Below are positions 1 through 13,391 of a stretch of DNA of 64,000 bases, piece after piece. Numbering within the stretch: the stretch's first letter is position 1; each line of letters begins with the position of its first letter. The notes under the pieces were generated by a model. The model did no database searches and had not been told where the DNA came from. It worked only from the letters and a program-made list of their open reading frames with translations. The position numbers were made by a program, and so were the translations under genes. Source of the stretch: Marsupella aquatica (lineage: Eukaryota; Plantae; Marchantiophyta); the NCBI GenBank assembly GCA_973895155.1, contig OZ316898.1:15530330-15594329 (forward strand). The letters are read 5' to 3'.

Positions 1-1167
1 CAAAGAATCTGGCTATTTGAGCCAAAAGTGTCAAACACTCTTTGGGGAGATGAAATTTAGCAAAAATTTGCACAATTTGCACCTAAAAAATAAGCTGCTC
101 TGCACGTCTGTTTCAGGACTGGATGTTATGCATACATCAATAAAATAGAATTGTCAATTCATGCTACCCGCGCACCCGCCTCTCCTGCTGGGTCAAATCA
201 AGCTAGACAGCAATGGATTTTAAATAACGTCAAAGTTTCAGGAACGGGCGTTTGAGAGACTGAGGCATCTCAGTAGTTGGAGAGAGGGAAGGTCTTCGAT
301 GCACCATGATTCCATTTTTGCGACAGCAACCGGTTGGGCACAACAACGACAGTACATCAACAGTCTTGCCCCAACCGGCGGGCCAGAGGAAACGGGGAGT
401 GTAGTTGCCCAGTCGCAGGTTGGCTCAAAGGGAGTCCCGGTACGGCTGGCCGAGGAAAGAGGTCACTTACGTGCTCAATCGCGATTTGTACCAAATGTGG
501 TAGGTAGAACCGGGTCAGCCGGACGGACACGTGGGTTTGTCATTGTGTGGGCAGGAAAAGTTGGTTTGGGTAGCAAGAAAGTAACATAGGAGATTGGGAA
601 AGGAACACGCACATAAAAAGTAGCAAGAGTAGGTGTACTTTAATAGGTGGCAAATGTCCACAGTTTGAAAGGATTTTTCATACTATAAACCCAATTACTC
701 TTTTATATCACATTCGAATGTTCTACTACATCACACGATATTAAGTCTTTCACACTATCTGGCTGTTGCTTTCGATGGTTCTTTATATTACACTCCACTG
801 TTCTGATTTCTCTCCTGTACCACACTCAATTGTTCATTTCTATGACATAATGCTCTTCTTTTTAAGGATCGGGTTGTTGCTTTCGATGTGCAGTTACCAA
901 AACCAAAGAATTGCTTTAAAAATGGCCAAATTGCTAGTATGTCCCGCATGTATATGTTTCCTTCCACGAGAGAAAGTGTTAGTATATACAAAAATGGTTT
1001 TTTTGTATTCCATCTGAGTTCCTCTGGTCCATCTCGGCATTGTGTCAACATGTAACTTCATGGAGGCTTTCAGTTTCCAGAAATGACATTTTTACTTTAT
1101 TTACATTTTCAGAATACTCAAACATCACACCCGCACAAACAATGATACGATTCTCTGCAAATTATCC

Positions 1168-1268
1168 AGTGATTTTCCGTTCTCCCCGAACAGTTGGAGT
1201 CATTTTTCATTCCCCCGAATTGGTTGGAGTGATTTCGCATTCTCCACTATTGGTTGAGTGATTTTGCA
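1168..1268. repeat. Degenerate ~30-bp tandem repeat (~3 units)
   Basis: AGTGATTTTCCGTTCTCCCCGAACAGTTGG / AGTCATTTTTCATTCCCCCGAATTGGTTGG / AGTGATTTCGCATTCTCCACTATTGGTTG. Confidence 0.6.
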
Positions 1269-1660
1269 GTTGTGTTTTGTTTTTCTTTTCTTTTCTCTCG
1301 TGTGCAGAGGACCTAGAGCTTCTTCAATTATATACTCACAGTTGAGCCGTACTTAGAGCAGAAATATTTACTGTCATTATTGGATCCTCAATTTAATTTT
1401 CAACGGAACAACAACTACTGCGCAAGCAACTCAGCCTCCAAGACGACTACTGACTGTTAGTCTTCATAAGCTGCCTGCAGAGTACTTAGTGAGATTAAGA
1501 CACCCCACCAGAACCAGCACTTGACGCGGGATAGTAAACATAAGAAAAAAACAAATAGTTGATTACGGGAGTGAGATGGCACAACAGTTACAAATCAAGG
1601 TAGATCATTAGACGAGACAACACAACACCTCGGGAAACTGCACTGTCGTAAATTGTTGAC

Positions 1661-1824
1661 TTGAAATATTCCACGGATCTGCCTAAAAATGCAAGAGTCC
1701 CCCAAAAGTTGAATCCAAACTGTCCAACATCGGAGCTCAACTAGTTACATTGAAATATCCCAGGGATCTACCTAAAAATGCCGAGTACGAGAACGTTGAA
1801 TCCAAACTGTCCAACATCGGAGCT
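1661..1824. repeat. Tandem duplication (~89-bp period) downstream of the PI4K gene
   Basis: TTGAAATATYCC..GGATCTRCCTAAAAATGC...GTTGAATCCAAACTGTCCAACATCGGAGCT occurs at ~1661 and ~1750. Confidence 0.75.
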
Positions 1825-2352
1825 GGAACCGGAATCACTGGAACGAGAGATCTCCAAAGAAAACCAGTGTCAATCACTATCAAGCTTACTGACAAATCTT
1901 TCAGATATCTAATTACAGATATGTACCAGTAAACTTTTGGTCGAATTTACAATTTATGCTCCCGATTCCTTCTCTAGCTACAACGATATAATCCGCAGTA
2001 CTGGGCATATACTGACTGTAAAGAGTAATGTAAGAAGATAAAAAAAAGGACTATTGACTATGAGAGAAATGCCCTCCTGTACCCAAAGAACTAAGCCGTT
2101 TCTGTTATATTATCAGACTCGGGACATTCATAAAACCTAGCGCCTACGGTTTTGATTCGCCCTCGTCTTGAAATGTGCAGACAAGCATGCAAGAATAGTA
2201 AGTCCTGCCGCAAAAATTAAGGCTCCAAACAAGGCTACGACAGAAGTGCATTCTACTCACGAATTTAACGAATTCTCGGCTTGCCTTGCGACCTTCCCGA
2301 TCTGTACATACGTATTTATAACTTGTGTCGAATACAATAGCTTACAAAACCT

Positions 2353-4494
2353 TCATCCCTTCCTCATATACTTGTCCATAATCTCTGAACAAGAGTTCAT
2401 GAACGCATCCTCGCTCGCTGCAGGCAACACACTGGCTTCTGCTTTCTCCAGCATCATCTCAATCACCGACTTCAAATCGAATTGCTCGCGGGACATCATG
2501 GACCCAATGGCAAAGGCAGTGAGACCTGCAGCGGCACCTTTCTTCAATAGCATGGTTGCAACTCGTAAACTCCGAGCACACTCGGGTCGCAGAACTATAC
2601 CATGAGTTGCCAACATGTAGATATCCCTGTCTGCATCCAGCTGTGATATGTAGTTGAGCGTTTTCGCACTGAAGGGCTCTTTAGCTTGGGCCCAATATAG
2701 CCATTCGAAAGTGCAATCCTCGAACTGCAAAACCATGCCATAGACGAACCTCAGCCAACCAGCATCATCAAATGATGCAAGCACGCGTCACTAATCTAAG
2801 CCCACTAACATCCAAACTAGCGGGGATAGGGACAAACGGGAACCAAGGAAACAGAAGAACAAGGGGGTCTCGGTAACTGCACATCAAAATATGACATATA
2901 TGACGTACGACACCCCTGCATACCGTGATAACCCTAGTTTTTTTCTTTCAATCAATGAATGCAGCCACATTTTGATGTGTGATTACCAGCAGGGGAAGGA
3001 CAATCACTAGGGCCTCACCTTATCGGGCAGACAGTAGCCGTGGTCAATGGGCACTAGACTAGTTGCTGATGTTCCTCCATTCTTGCACACCAATATGTTT
3101 CCACCATTGCGATCGGTATTTGCAAGTCTCAAGTCGAGGACGCTTATCTTATGGACTTCGTCTACTGGAAAGCTCGCGGGACCCATATCTTCACAGTTAC
3201 TTATCGACTCTACATACTTTTGAAGGGACCCAACTTTTGTCTTCCTGCTGCCAGAAGAATAATTGTAAACTTGGTGCGAAGAGTGAACCATCATAGTCGG
3301 AGGAACGCCCGCAAAGCCTTCCTGGTTCCTGGTTACCGATGACCTGTAACCAATCTCAGGATGATCCAAAAGATAGGCCGCAACCTCCCGCAAGGCACCT
3401 TCGCCAACGATAATACCGCTCTTCAAGCCCTCATTGCTGCTAGAACGAGGCGAACTGCGAGGATTGTTGACAGCCTCAGGTTCCTCGTCCACGGGCTTAA
3501 AGACCGCAACACTCTTACCCTCTCTATCCTTCATAAAGTATGTACCACCAGACCCTTCCGGCGCAAGTACCGGGGAGTGTCCTGCTTGAAGTCCGGATCT
3601 TGCCTGCTGCAGAACTCTCAGCAGGGAGTCAGGGTGGTTTCTCCAAATCTCCCCAAAATCTCTAAACGGTTCCAACACGAATTCCTGGGAGAGAACTTCG
3701 CAGTGACTAGGCCCTCCCGAGTATCCAAGTCCAACTGGCTGTGCGTTCTTTAGAGGGACATCGAGAGCAGGAAGTTCACTGATACAATCGTCGATGCTGG
3801 TGACAGAGGACTCCTGAACGCTCACGTCAGAGAAACTATCAATGACCGAATCTAACTCGCAGGCGGTAATTGAAAGTTCGATGTCCTGTCCGAGATATCT
3901 CGACCGGACCTTAGCCTCTGATTTCTCGACCAAAAGATCGATAACAACGTCCTCCTCGGCGTGAAGGTCGAGAATTCGTCTATGGTCCTCTAGACGACTA
4001 CCTTGAAAGACTAATTGTTGCTCATCCACTTTCAGGCCTCTCTCCTTGTCAGATATCCGCTGCTTCAAAAACTTCACCTGCTCGTTTTTCCGTACCTTGA
4101 ACGTGTACTGAGCACCTGAAACAGTTCTAACTTTCACATTCACTAGATCTGACAAACGAAGAACGAGATGCACAACCTCTCCACCACAGATACCACAGTC
4201 CTTCATAAGATTTTTGTTGTCTCCCCTCAATTCTCGACTGCAGTGAACAAGCCGCTGCTGGTTCGTAAAGAAACCTTTGAAAGCCTGGATACGCATTTTC
4301 ACAGATGCAATCGTATCTGAACTGAAAATTTCCATAGAACTCACAGTTTTCGAACCCAGAATAGCTAAGAAGATGACGATAGCGCCCCTACGAGGCCAAC
4401 CGTTACGAGGATCATATCCACTTGAACAAGTGAATGCAGGCAGAGGATAAGATCCCACTTCCGCCGGATTCAAAACGAGCACTGACGACGCCAT
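2353..4494 (-). CDS. PI4KG: Type II phosphatidylinositol 4-kinase gamma with two N-terminal ubiquitin-like domains (PI4Kgamma2/3/4, UbDK-gamma type); exons 4494-3019 and 2724-2353
   Basis: Two UBL repeats (SDTIASVKMRIQAFKGF..QQRLV; KQRISDKERGL..EQQLVFQG). Kinase motifs EGSGGTYF, AVFKPVDEEP, EGALREVAAYLLDH, GVPPT, GSLQKY, VHKISVLDLRLANTDRNGGN, PIDHGYCLP. A GT-AG phase-0 intron (3018-2725) joins DK|FEDCTFEWLYW. Open frame to TGA at 2353. Confidence 0.95.
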
Positions 4495-7378
4495 TCTTAC
4501 TGTTGAAAGAATGCAGCGAAGACTGATTACAGACAAAAGCTGTCCAAGTCTCCACCGCTCACACCAAAAAGCTTACAGTGACCAGGTCGACATGACACAT
4601 TCACCACACAATCTACGACTCCTTCCAAAATCTGTAACACGGTCTGTAGTCCGCTAGATAGACGTACGATATGTGCGGCAGCTGCTAACGGACGTCGCAA
4701 CTCCGCAATCGAAGTTGTCCTTAGATCACATCGAAACAACCGACAATTGTGATATTCAGCTGCTTGGGAATGCTCCTTTTGCACGGCGTCGAGAACTAAT
4801 CCCAGATGTCACTCCTACTTCGACTGTCCTGACCATCAACTACTGGCACGCTGCCTTCGACACCGCAAGAACAGCATAGCAAAGACGGAACAGGGGCACT
4901 ACTAATGCTCCGTTGGATTCCCTTCTCGAGCAGTCTCTCCCCAACTGATCCACTCAACAAAACAAACAGCTACCTGATCCCGATGACCACGCCAAAAGAC
5001 TTCCCAGTCCCTTCATACGAGTGCAAAGAACTGGAATGAACGGTTCGCCAAAGATGTGCTTCGACAATTCGTCCTTCCAAAGACACTCACAAACCCTTCT
5101 TCCTTCTCATCACTCAATCCTCAAACCCTCCTCCTTCTCATCACTCAATCCTCTCCGCTCCTCGAACGCTAAGTCTCAAGCGTCTCCAACCGGCCAGTCA
5201 TGGACCAACAGCCACCGCCAATCGAAACGCCAATCCGGCGCACAAACATACGTTCAACTGGTCGGCCAGTAATCAGCCGGAGAGGTGCAAGGAGTACGAC
5301 AACGAGAACAGAGAAATTCCACCACACGCTGAAACTGAAACAAAGCTCCTCCCTCATTTGACAACAACCTGTGAAGCTTCGACTTCATCTCCCAAAACTC
5401 AAAACCGTTCCAAGCTTCATTTTGGCAACCTTCGAGTTATGCTACTAGATGGCTAACAAATGAGCCTTGATTGCAAGCAAAACACTCCAACACCGTCCTA
5501 GGCTTCCGTTTTCGCAACAGACTTTCAAGTATCCTGCTAGATGGCGCATCGCTCCTCGTCAATCTTGTATTCTCACTGAAAGCTCGGCCAACGTTCCAAA
5601 CCCGCCGTGTTAATAGCATGAATCAGGGAAGGGTACCGCTCACGTCCTACGTCTCGTCACCCCCTTTGCAAGAAGCGCTGCAGGGGTTTCATCGAGAGCT
5701 TACCCTTGCCAGCTTGGCCCGAGGATTTCAACAATAACGTCAGAAAGTGAATGACGTGTCGATGACGTTCGGCGGGGTTGGAACTCTGCCCGCTCCATTC
5801 CACTGTCATCATCCATGCGCTGGTGCCCAGCCCGACCTTGACTTTCCCGGCACGCTGCCCGCAACGACACAGAGTCTACTCTCATCTCTGACAATAGTAG
5901 TAGATGATTTTCACAATAATAAACGCAAAATACAGGCGCTGCCAATTCTGGTGAAATCATTCTGCCCGGTCCAGTCTACTGTAGGCCTCTCGCGCTAGCA
6001 GTCCTGTAGAGCATGATGGAAAGTTCGAAACTCCAATTTCTAGAGTCGTCCATGTATGCTGACCACAATCAGACCATTCGAGTATACGACTGTAGAAGGA
6101 TTCATTCCTCAACGCATGGTTTTGATAAGATTCATGAATAGATACATCCATCCATGCAATACAATGCCTATGGACACAGTCGTACAAAATGACGTTGCGC
6201 CCTCGTCGTCATCGGTGGGGGCACGACACGGCGGGAGGGGGTCAGTCGACTGAACCACCTACCAACTTAAATCCATCGGTCCAAAGAGGGGACCACTCCT
6301 TGTCCACAGTTTGTCTTAGCATCGACCCTCGGGTTACATCCAACTCTTCAGAGTCATCATTTTTGAGAATAGGTTGGTTGTTTTTTTTGTTTTTTTAATT
6401 TAAGAAGAAATTTGTGAAACCCCACAGAAAAGAAAGAGTCGGTCATAATAGTTGAACCCAAGACCTATTAGTCACTATTTAAGTGAGTTACCACAAAGTC
6501 ATGCCTCTCTGGGCAAAACAGGTTGGTTTTAAATAACTTGTCATTAAAGATATTCTAATTCACAATATTTTCATTATTATTTTTATTGAAAAAAATGTCA
6601 TGATTTCATATATGGGTGACAAATTTACCAAGGTAACAAGGTAAACTATATAAAAAACCTTGGCATTTTTGTAAATACAAAAAAAACAATGGCTAAATAT
6701 TTAAAAATTGTTTTCTAGAATAAGCTACTGTAGATCTTTGTAATTGATCATGTTGTCCTTTGAAATCCAAAATCCGTAGTGTTTTGATATAATTATGTAG
6801 GGTCACACATGGCCTCGGATGAATTCCCAAGGGTTGTGAGCCCAACAGGCAAGCCATGACCCAGCATCACCATCCCAGCTCTGAGCGAGAGTAATGCTTG
6901 ACACTCTTTGTTCACACAAATTTGAAATTCTCATAGCAAAGCTAGCTAGGAATTCGTGAGACTACAAGGGATGTCTTGCATGTGAAAGTCCTTGAGTTTT
7001 TGGCCCTGAGCAACATTCGAGAATATATGGTCTAAAAAGTAGATTTTTCTTGTCCACAAGATGTGTCACTTTTTGTCTCAAATTCTCAAATCAAACATCC
7101 GGACATCGAGGGCCGGGCCTTGCCTTTGGAAACCCTCAACGATTGCCATCAGGACTCTTTTGGAGAGGGGGTTACCGTATGAAACTCTTGCTCATTGATA
7201 TGCTGCAATTAGTTCACTTGAAGGCCAATTTTTTGAGGATTTTCTATATGCAAGACAGCCCTAAGATCCCCCTTTCCTTCCCCTTTGCCCTTTGGAGCTC
7301 AAGGTTATGTTGGCGTGGAATCAAGCTTTCTCAGAATGTACATTTATGCAAAGACTAACCCAATGCCCGTGCGTTTCA

Positions 7379-7530
7379 CAAAAGATGTCGAGTAATAAAA
7401 AGATGTCGAGGTGATAAAAATATGTCAAGGTGATAAAAAGATGTCAAGTGATAAACAGATGTCGAGTGATGAAAATATGTCGAGTGATAAAAAGATGTTG
7501 AGGTGATAAAACAATGTCAAGTCATAAAAC
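7379..7530. repeat. Minisatellite, ~18-19-bp unit AAAAGATGTCGAG(G)TGATA, ~8 copies
   Basis: Directly visible tandem array. Confidence 0.85.
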
Positions 7531-7789
7531 ACCACACCATTGCAAGAGACTTGAGACTTTGATGGGGACCGAATATCCGTCAAGGATAATGCTCATCGGG
7601 ACCCCTTGTCTCAACCCCCCAAAATTTGAGGCAATCATCCTGCTTCCAGGATGTCTCTTGCCCCTATGGTATCCTCTTAACTCCCATTGCAAAAACATCT
7701 CCCGGATGCGACACGTCCACAAACCCCTTTGTCACAAAACAAGGGTTCACTAAATTTAGGGCACTGCCACATCCTAATAAATTCCTTGT

Positions 7790-9900
7790 TCCATACCAAT
7801 CCCAAAATATGAAAGGGGTTCCCCAATATTTTGTACCCCGGCCACATCCCATAGTGATCACCCAAAAAAAATAAACGGTCCCAAAAATAATAAAGGGGCT
7901 CCCCAATGTCCCCTACCAAGCCATATCCCATGGTGATATTAAATGGGCCAAAAAATAGTAAAGGGGTCCCCAATATCCCCTACCACAGCCATATCCCATG
8001 GTGATCACCGCCAAAAATAGAGGGGTTTCCAAAAGTATCCCAGGACATCGAGTCCATGGTGATGACCCCAAAAATTCAAGCAGTTCAGCAAAATTTTGTA
8101 CAATGGTCACATTGTTTTGGGGTGGTCACCCATTCCCGTGGCTATCACCATGATTGGGACACCCAGTGGCGCCATCCCATTTGTGAGCGAGAGTAATCTT
8201 GCAGTTGAGTCTTGTCAAGGGATGACCCATGCTTGCTCTGGTCATCACCACCCATGTTTGCCGTTTCCCATGCAGGGCTGTTTCTTACTCACCTCCAGGA
8301 CTTATGGTCCCCTTATATATGTTTCTGGGATCCTACCACCCTTGGACCACTTCTCGCAATGCATTTTTGGTCCCCAACCAAGAAATACACAGAGGGCAAT
8401 CGTGACACCCGCCACAGCCGTGGATCCGCATCGGCCTAGGTGAGCCCGACATGCCCTCTGGCATTGGCGTCGGCGAGCCCCAACAGGGTGTCATCATGCA
8501 AGAGGGCGTGAGCCCTTCAGGTCCAGGGGTGCAGAATGGGGTCAGGAAGGCAAGGGTTGGCCTGCAAGGTGACCGAGGCCCAAAAACACGCCAGTTTCGG
8601 CCCTATACGGGGGTGTCAGTCTGGTCTAGGCGCATGAAAGGGACCGAGGGCGCAAAGGCCCAAAGAGGGCACGGTGAAGTGAGGCTGGAGAGGGGCAGGG
8701 TGTCAGCCCCTGGTCTAGGCACTTGAACGGAAAGAGCAAAGGCCCCCGGAGGCCAAATTGAGGCCCGCGAGGTGAGCGCTGATCCCAGGCCGTGAGGGGG
8801 AGTAGCATCAAAGAGGGGAGGAGGCCCAAGAGGGGCAGGGCGCCAGCCCCTGGTCCAGGCACGCGTACGCATATGGGAGGGAGTGCAGGCCCCAAGAGGC
8901 ATGCGAAAGGGAGGGAGCACCAAGGAGGGGAGGCACTCGAGGGGGCAAGGAGGAAGTCAGCACCAAGGGGGGGAGGAGGGAGCCCAATTGGCCGGGCGCG
9001 CAAAATGGAGGGAGCTCCAAGGAGGGGAAGAGGGGCTGCATTTTGGCCCAAACGGAGGTGGGATGGCATACTCGTCATCATGGACGAGTACGGCCGAGTA
9101 CAGCAAGAGGGCCGTGAGGGCCGCACATTTGCGTAGGGTGTCAGCCGCCGGGTGAGGAGGGCTTTGGCGTGCGTCAGGGAAGGAGGGCTGCACTTTGGCC
9201 ATGGGGTGCATCAGGTCCGGAGGGCTTCGGCTGTGGGGACGCTGGGCATAAGTAGGTGGGGATGCCTGGGCGTCAGGTGGAGGCAGCGGAGTCAGCGTCA
9301 TGTATAGGGTAATGCAGGTCTGGGCGCAGGGTTACTAGGCTGTAACCCTGCGTCCGGAATATGAAAAGAAACTGACCGGCGGCAGTCGGGAAGCTTCTTT
9401 GAATATTCCGGGAGCAGGTTACAGCCTATAACCCCAGCCCTGCCTTGCATTAGCGTACGTAACTCCTGCCTGGAAAGAGGTTACCAGCTCAACTTTTCAG
9501 GACACCAGATTATGACTATAGCAGGCCCCTGTAGAAATGGTTACACACCGGTAACCTCTTCTCCTGACAGGATTTATGGGGGAGGGCGGAGGGCATGAGC
9601 TGCAGGACGCCTGGACTGAGGGGTTTCTTGCAATGATGATGTGGCAAAATAAGTCGAGGGGAAAGAGGTCAGCGTGAGGAGCCTTGGAGGTTAGACTGAG
9701 GCAACGCATCAGGGTCAGAACGCCTGGACCAAGGGGATTCCTGCAATGAGGATGTGTCAAAAAAGAGGTCGAGGGGAAGATAATGCAAAAATGCAGTCAG
9801 TGTCAGGAGCCCTGGGGGACAGAGCAAAGCATTAGCGTCAGGATCCTTGGGGGACAGACTGAAGCAAGGCATCAGGGTCAGGAGCTGTGGACGGAGTGAG
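7790..9900. repeat. Unclassified repeat-rich region: AAAGGGGNYCCCCAAT and ATCCCATGGTGAT units (7790-8080), GC/purine-rich duplicated units (8580-9250), ~110-bp duplication (9650-9890); probably a decayed TE
   Basis: GAGGGGCAGGGYGYCAGCCCCTGGTCYAGGCAC at ~8690 and ~8830; AGACTGARGCAA.GCATCAGGGTCAG at ~9693 and ~9856; no termini or TSD found. Confidence 0.45.
9310..9452. other. Long imperfect inverted repeat (fold-back hairpin, ~143 nt)
   Basis: Arm TAATGCAGG..GGGTTACTAGGCTGTAACCCTGCGTCCGGAATAT (9310-9362) pairs with ATATTCCGGGAGCAGGTTACAGCCTATAACCCC..CCTTGCATTA (9403-9452). Confidence 0.7.
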
Positions 9901-11221
9901 GCAGAGCAAGTGAGGACAAAATTGTGCTGTGAAACAGTATTCCAGGAGGGGCTCAAAGTTTCATTGAATGACCCTGAAAAACCTCCTTTCAATCCATTTG
10001 ACACACCTTGGTCCCACCTTTTTCAGATTTTGTAAGCAGGCAAGTGAGAAGAATGTGGGCAAACATCTTATAGTAGTTAGATAACTCATCCCCTTGAGAT
10101 GGTTAGAAGCCATTAGCTCCAAAGAGGGGATGGATTAATGAGTATAAACTCAACAAATGAGTATTGATGCTTGGGAGGAGTCACTATCTTGATTTGCACC
10201 AGTAAGACAGATTAATCCTCCCAGGGCTGGCCAAAAGGGGATTATGGTACATATACCTTCAATAAAATACAAAAACAAATCACAAGGAGAGTTTACATTA
10301 GCACAAAGTGTCTTTTGTAAATGATATTAATTAGGTTCCTATATCTGAGTTGCATGGTCAAAGCCATGGTGACCCAGTCATCAATTCTGTATGAATGTCA
10401 GACAAATTTTGAGTTTCAATTTCTACTTACTACGTTTGTTCAACCTTACATGGCCTCTTGCATCAACATTTAAGTTTTACCCTAATTGCCATTGTTGTGA
10501 ACAAAAACTGTTTCAGAGCAATCAAACAAAATTCTGTTGAGTGGCATGGGGGTGGATTACTTGAAATGGATTTCTCAATACTGTATCCTTTACATAATTC
10601 TTTAATAAACTCAAATGACCATTGAGACTGGACCAGACATACCAAATAAGGGTACCTCCAGTGAGAAAATCAATACTGGGTGGGATTACCGGACCAATAT
10701 GTGTGGTCTACTACACGTACAAGAACAAGAACCGTGTTTTTGCAGAGTTCAGTTTAGTGGTCTATGTACTAGGGCGTCTCAAAATTAACGTTTTCAAAGA
10801 TCATTTCGGACGTCCCACGGGAAACAGTTGTTGCCGAAAGTCAGGCCGCGTCACAAGTGCCGGGCACAGTGACCAGGGGGGGTACTTAAAATTGAGTGGT
10901 GCTGCAACCGCAGGTGTGGGTAGCATACCTTGGGTTAAGACTCCCCTAAACCGCCGACCGAGGTCTGTCAAAACAGAGGGCAATTTTGAACTGTGTCATT
11001 TTCAACAGTCTCGACAACATTTTATGCAGGAAGTTTCAAATTTTGTGTTCCCCCTCTCAGTTCGCCCAGCAAATTGTGACGCAATTTTTTATTCTTGTCT
11101 TCTTCTTAACGTGGGCGCGCATCATGGACAATTGTCAGTCATGTGCTAAGGGTGGCCAAATTGGAGCATCGCAGTCGCCATTCCTTGTTCCTGATTCACA
11201 GCAAGCTTCAGCTCAGGAAAC

Positions 11222-12495
11222 GATGGCACCCCATCAGCGCATCAAAACCAGTGTGGAGACAATCAAAAACTCAGGCCAGAGCATCTGCTTAAGATTGTCG
11301 AATAACTTGAAGATCCTGATAATTTTGCCATGCTGAATGGGTCAAGTCGTCGTCTGGCAGTTGGGGTAAGACATCCCAACACAAAAACTGTCTTCAAGCT
11401 GATGTTAGTGATCTTACATTCCAACGGATTTCCTTGACTTGTAACCACAGGGGAGAACTTGGGGAATCGATTCAATCGTTACGTGAAGAAATACAAGGCG
11501 ATTAAATCTGATTCAGGTGCAGGGGTGACCTTGGGAGAGCTACGTGCGGGAATCACATTGGAGGATAAGCTTGAAAAGATCTGCCCTCATTTTGATTGTT
11601 GCATGCTCTATATGGAGAGCATGCCAATGTTCAACCTCCAAGCAGGGGAACAACAGGCTTACCGGGAGTGCCTGAACTTTACATCCACCCATCCGATGAT
11701 GAGGATGAACCTGCCAAAAATGATGAGCATATAAGTACATTTACTGTCCAAGAATGTTGTTGTTTTGGGTATTTCCTGATGAGTATGAAGTGTCATTTAC
11801 AATGGCGTAAAAATGGACGCCTTTGTTGTGCAAAATTGATGAACGCAGGAGAGCCTGATTCCCAATTTGATTTCAAATTGGTTTTTGAGGTTGAGTCTGA
11901 GGATTTTCACTCACAGCCAGAACCGAACATTAGCCAGGCCACTGAAGAGGCTCACCCAGCTGCCTCTGAGCCATGCCAGTCAGAGCAAACCACTCAATAG
12001 CCAACTGCAGTGCCGACAGCCAATTTGGATGTTCTAGGGTCGGATGGTGGTCCTGTTCCAAATCCCACTCCACAATGGAACACTTCTGCCTCAAGGAGAC
12101 CGGGTAAGAGGCCTGCCAATTTGCAAGCAACTTCAAGGCCTAATTTGGCTGAATTATATGCAGACAAGATAGCAGAGAAGAACTCATATCGGCAACATAT
12201 GATTACAGTGAAGGATAAGTGGAGAACTGAAGAACTTGCTGATAGGCGAGAGGCCAGGGAGATTGTAGCACTTTGGACCCTGAAGAGAGATCGCATCCAA
12301 AGAAGAGCAGACGAGAAACGGGCTAGAGCGGACCATGTACACCAATTGGCTATGTTGTAAAAGCAACAGGCCAACTTCATGTTAATTGAACTTTTAAAGT
12401 CCAATAGGAGTTGAGACGAGATCAGAGACCTGATGAGTTTAATTCCTGGAGCTCCAACTGCAAACAACACTCGTGACACAGGAGATGTGCTGTAG
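11222..12495 (+). pseudogene. Harbinger accessory Myb/SANT (trihelix)-like DNA-binding protein, disrupted; start uncertain
   Basis: LEDPDNFAMLNG...GENLGNRFNRYVKKYK..SGAGVT..LEDKLEKICPHF..LHALYGEHANVQP, then a C-terminal coiled coil; several stops and frameshifts. Confidence 0.7.
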
Positions 12496-13391
12496 GAAGA
12501 ACTGAAGATGTACCATTTTGAGATGCAGTTTGGGCATTGTGTTCAGTGTGCAAAAGTTTGAGTTAATCTCAAATGTAGAGTTTGTGTTAGTAGCACAGGC
12601 TACTTTAATTCCAGACCTCTGCCAAGTTTGAAGGCGCCACTTTGCAATTTTGCTTGCTGATTAATGTGAAGCGTTCACATTCATTGTACCTTGCGCTATT
12701 GCATTAAGTTGACTACTGGAACTTTGCCACACTTTGTGTGCTGTCCTGTATGCCTTTGTATGATGTGCCTCAGTTCACATTTTCATGTTATTCACAAAGT
12801 ACTTCAACAATCTGCTGTCCGAAAATGCAGACACTAGAAGCCAAATGCGTGTACATTCATGGTAAAATCAGTGCTCTCTTGATAATTGTTGGCAAAAATG
12901 TTGCTTGCACGAAGGCTCTTTATTAAATACTCCATGTCTTTGCTCACAGCTGAACACTAGCGAGAATCATCAAAACTTGTATGACAAACTATATCCTAAC
13001 CTGGATTGAAGCTAGTGGGAGGTCTTATATATCTGTCTACGCATAGGACTGTGCTGCCCTGTTTGCATATGAAATATGAATACTCCTCAACAGAATGTAG
13101 GGACTGAATGGTCCTAAGTAAACTTCAAGTACCATTCAAAACCACTTTGAATGTAGGCACCTCTATGTCCAAGCACGACCGGCCTCAACCTGCACAAGGC
13201 CAGAAGGCTCGAACAGTAAGACATTCACAATGTTACAACATATCATGTAACAAATCATGGGCAGCACTTCCATAATCAAACAAGTATTGGAGGGTATAAA
13301 GGTTGCAGTAAGTCTGCCCCATACCTCATTCAGAGAACAAAAAAAAACCCAGGTCTACGATGAAGTTTGAGGGCCTCATCCATGACCCTCA

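Noticed and set aside
299-1261. Short ORFs at the window start
   Set aside because: No recognisable homology or splice-supported structure.
4495-4536. ORF-track start of PI4K at 4536
   Set aside because: Not an ATG; the first in-frame ATG is at 4494.
7379-7530. CRISPR-like appearance of short repeats
   Set aside because: Head-to-tail minisatellite with no unique spacers and no cas genes; eukaryotic context.
8451-9301. Overlapping G/R/P-rich ORFs on both strands
   Set aside because: By-products of GC-rich low-complexity repeats; no recognisable domains.
6796-10715. Possible LTR element bounded by TGTAG...TACA
   Set aside because: No matching TSD at either candidate right end (10450, 10715), and no PBS or coding remnants.
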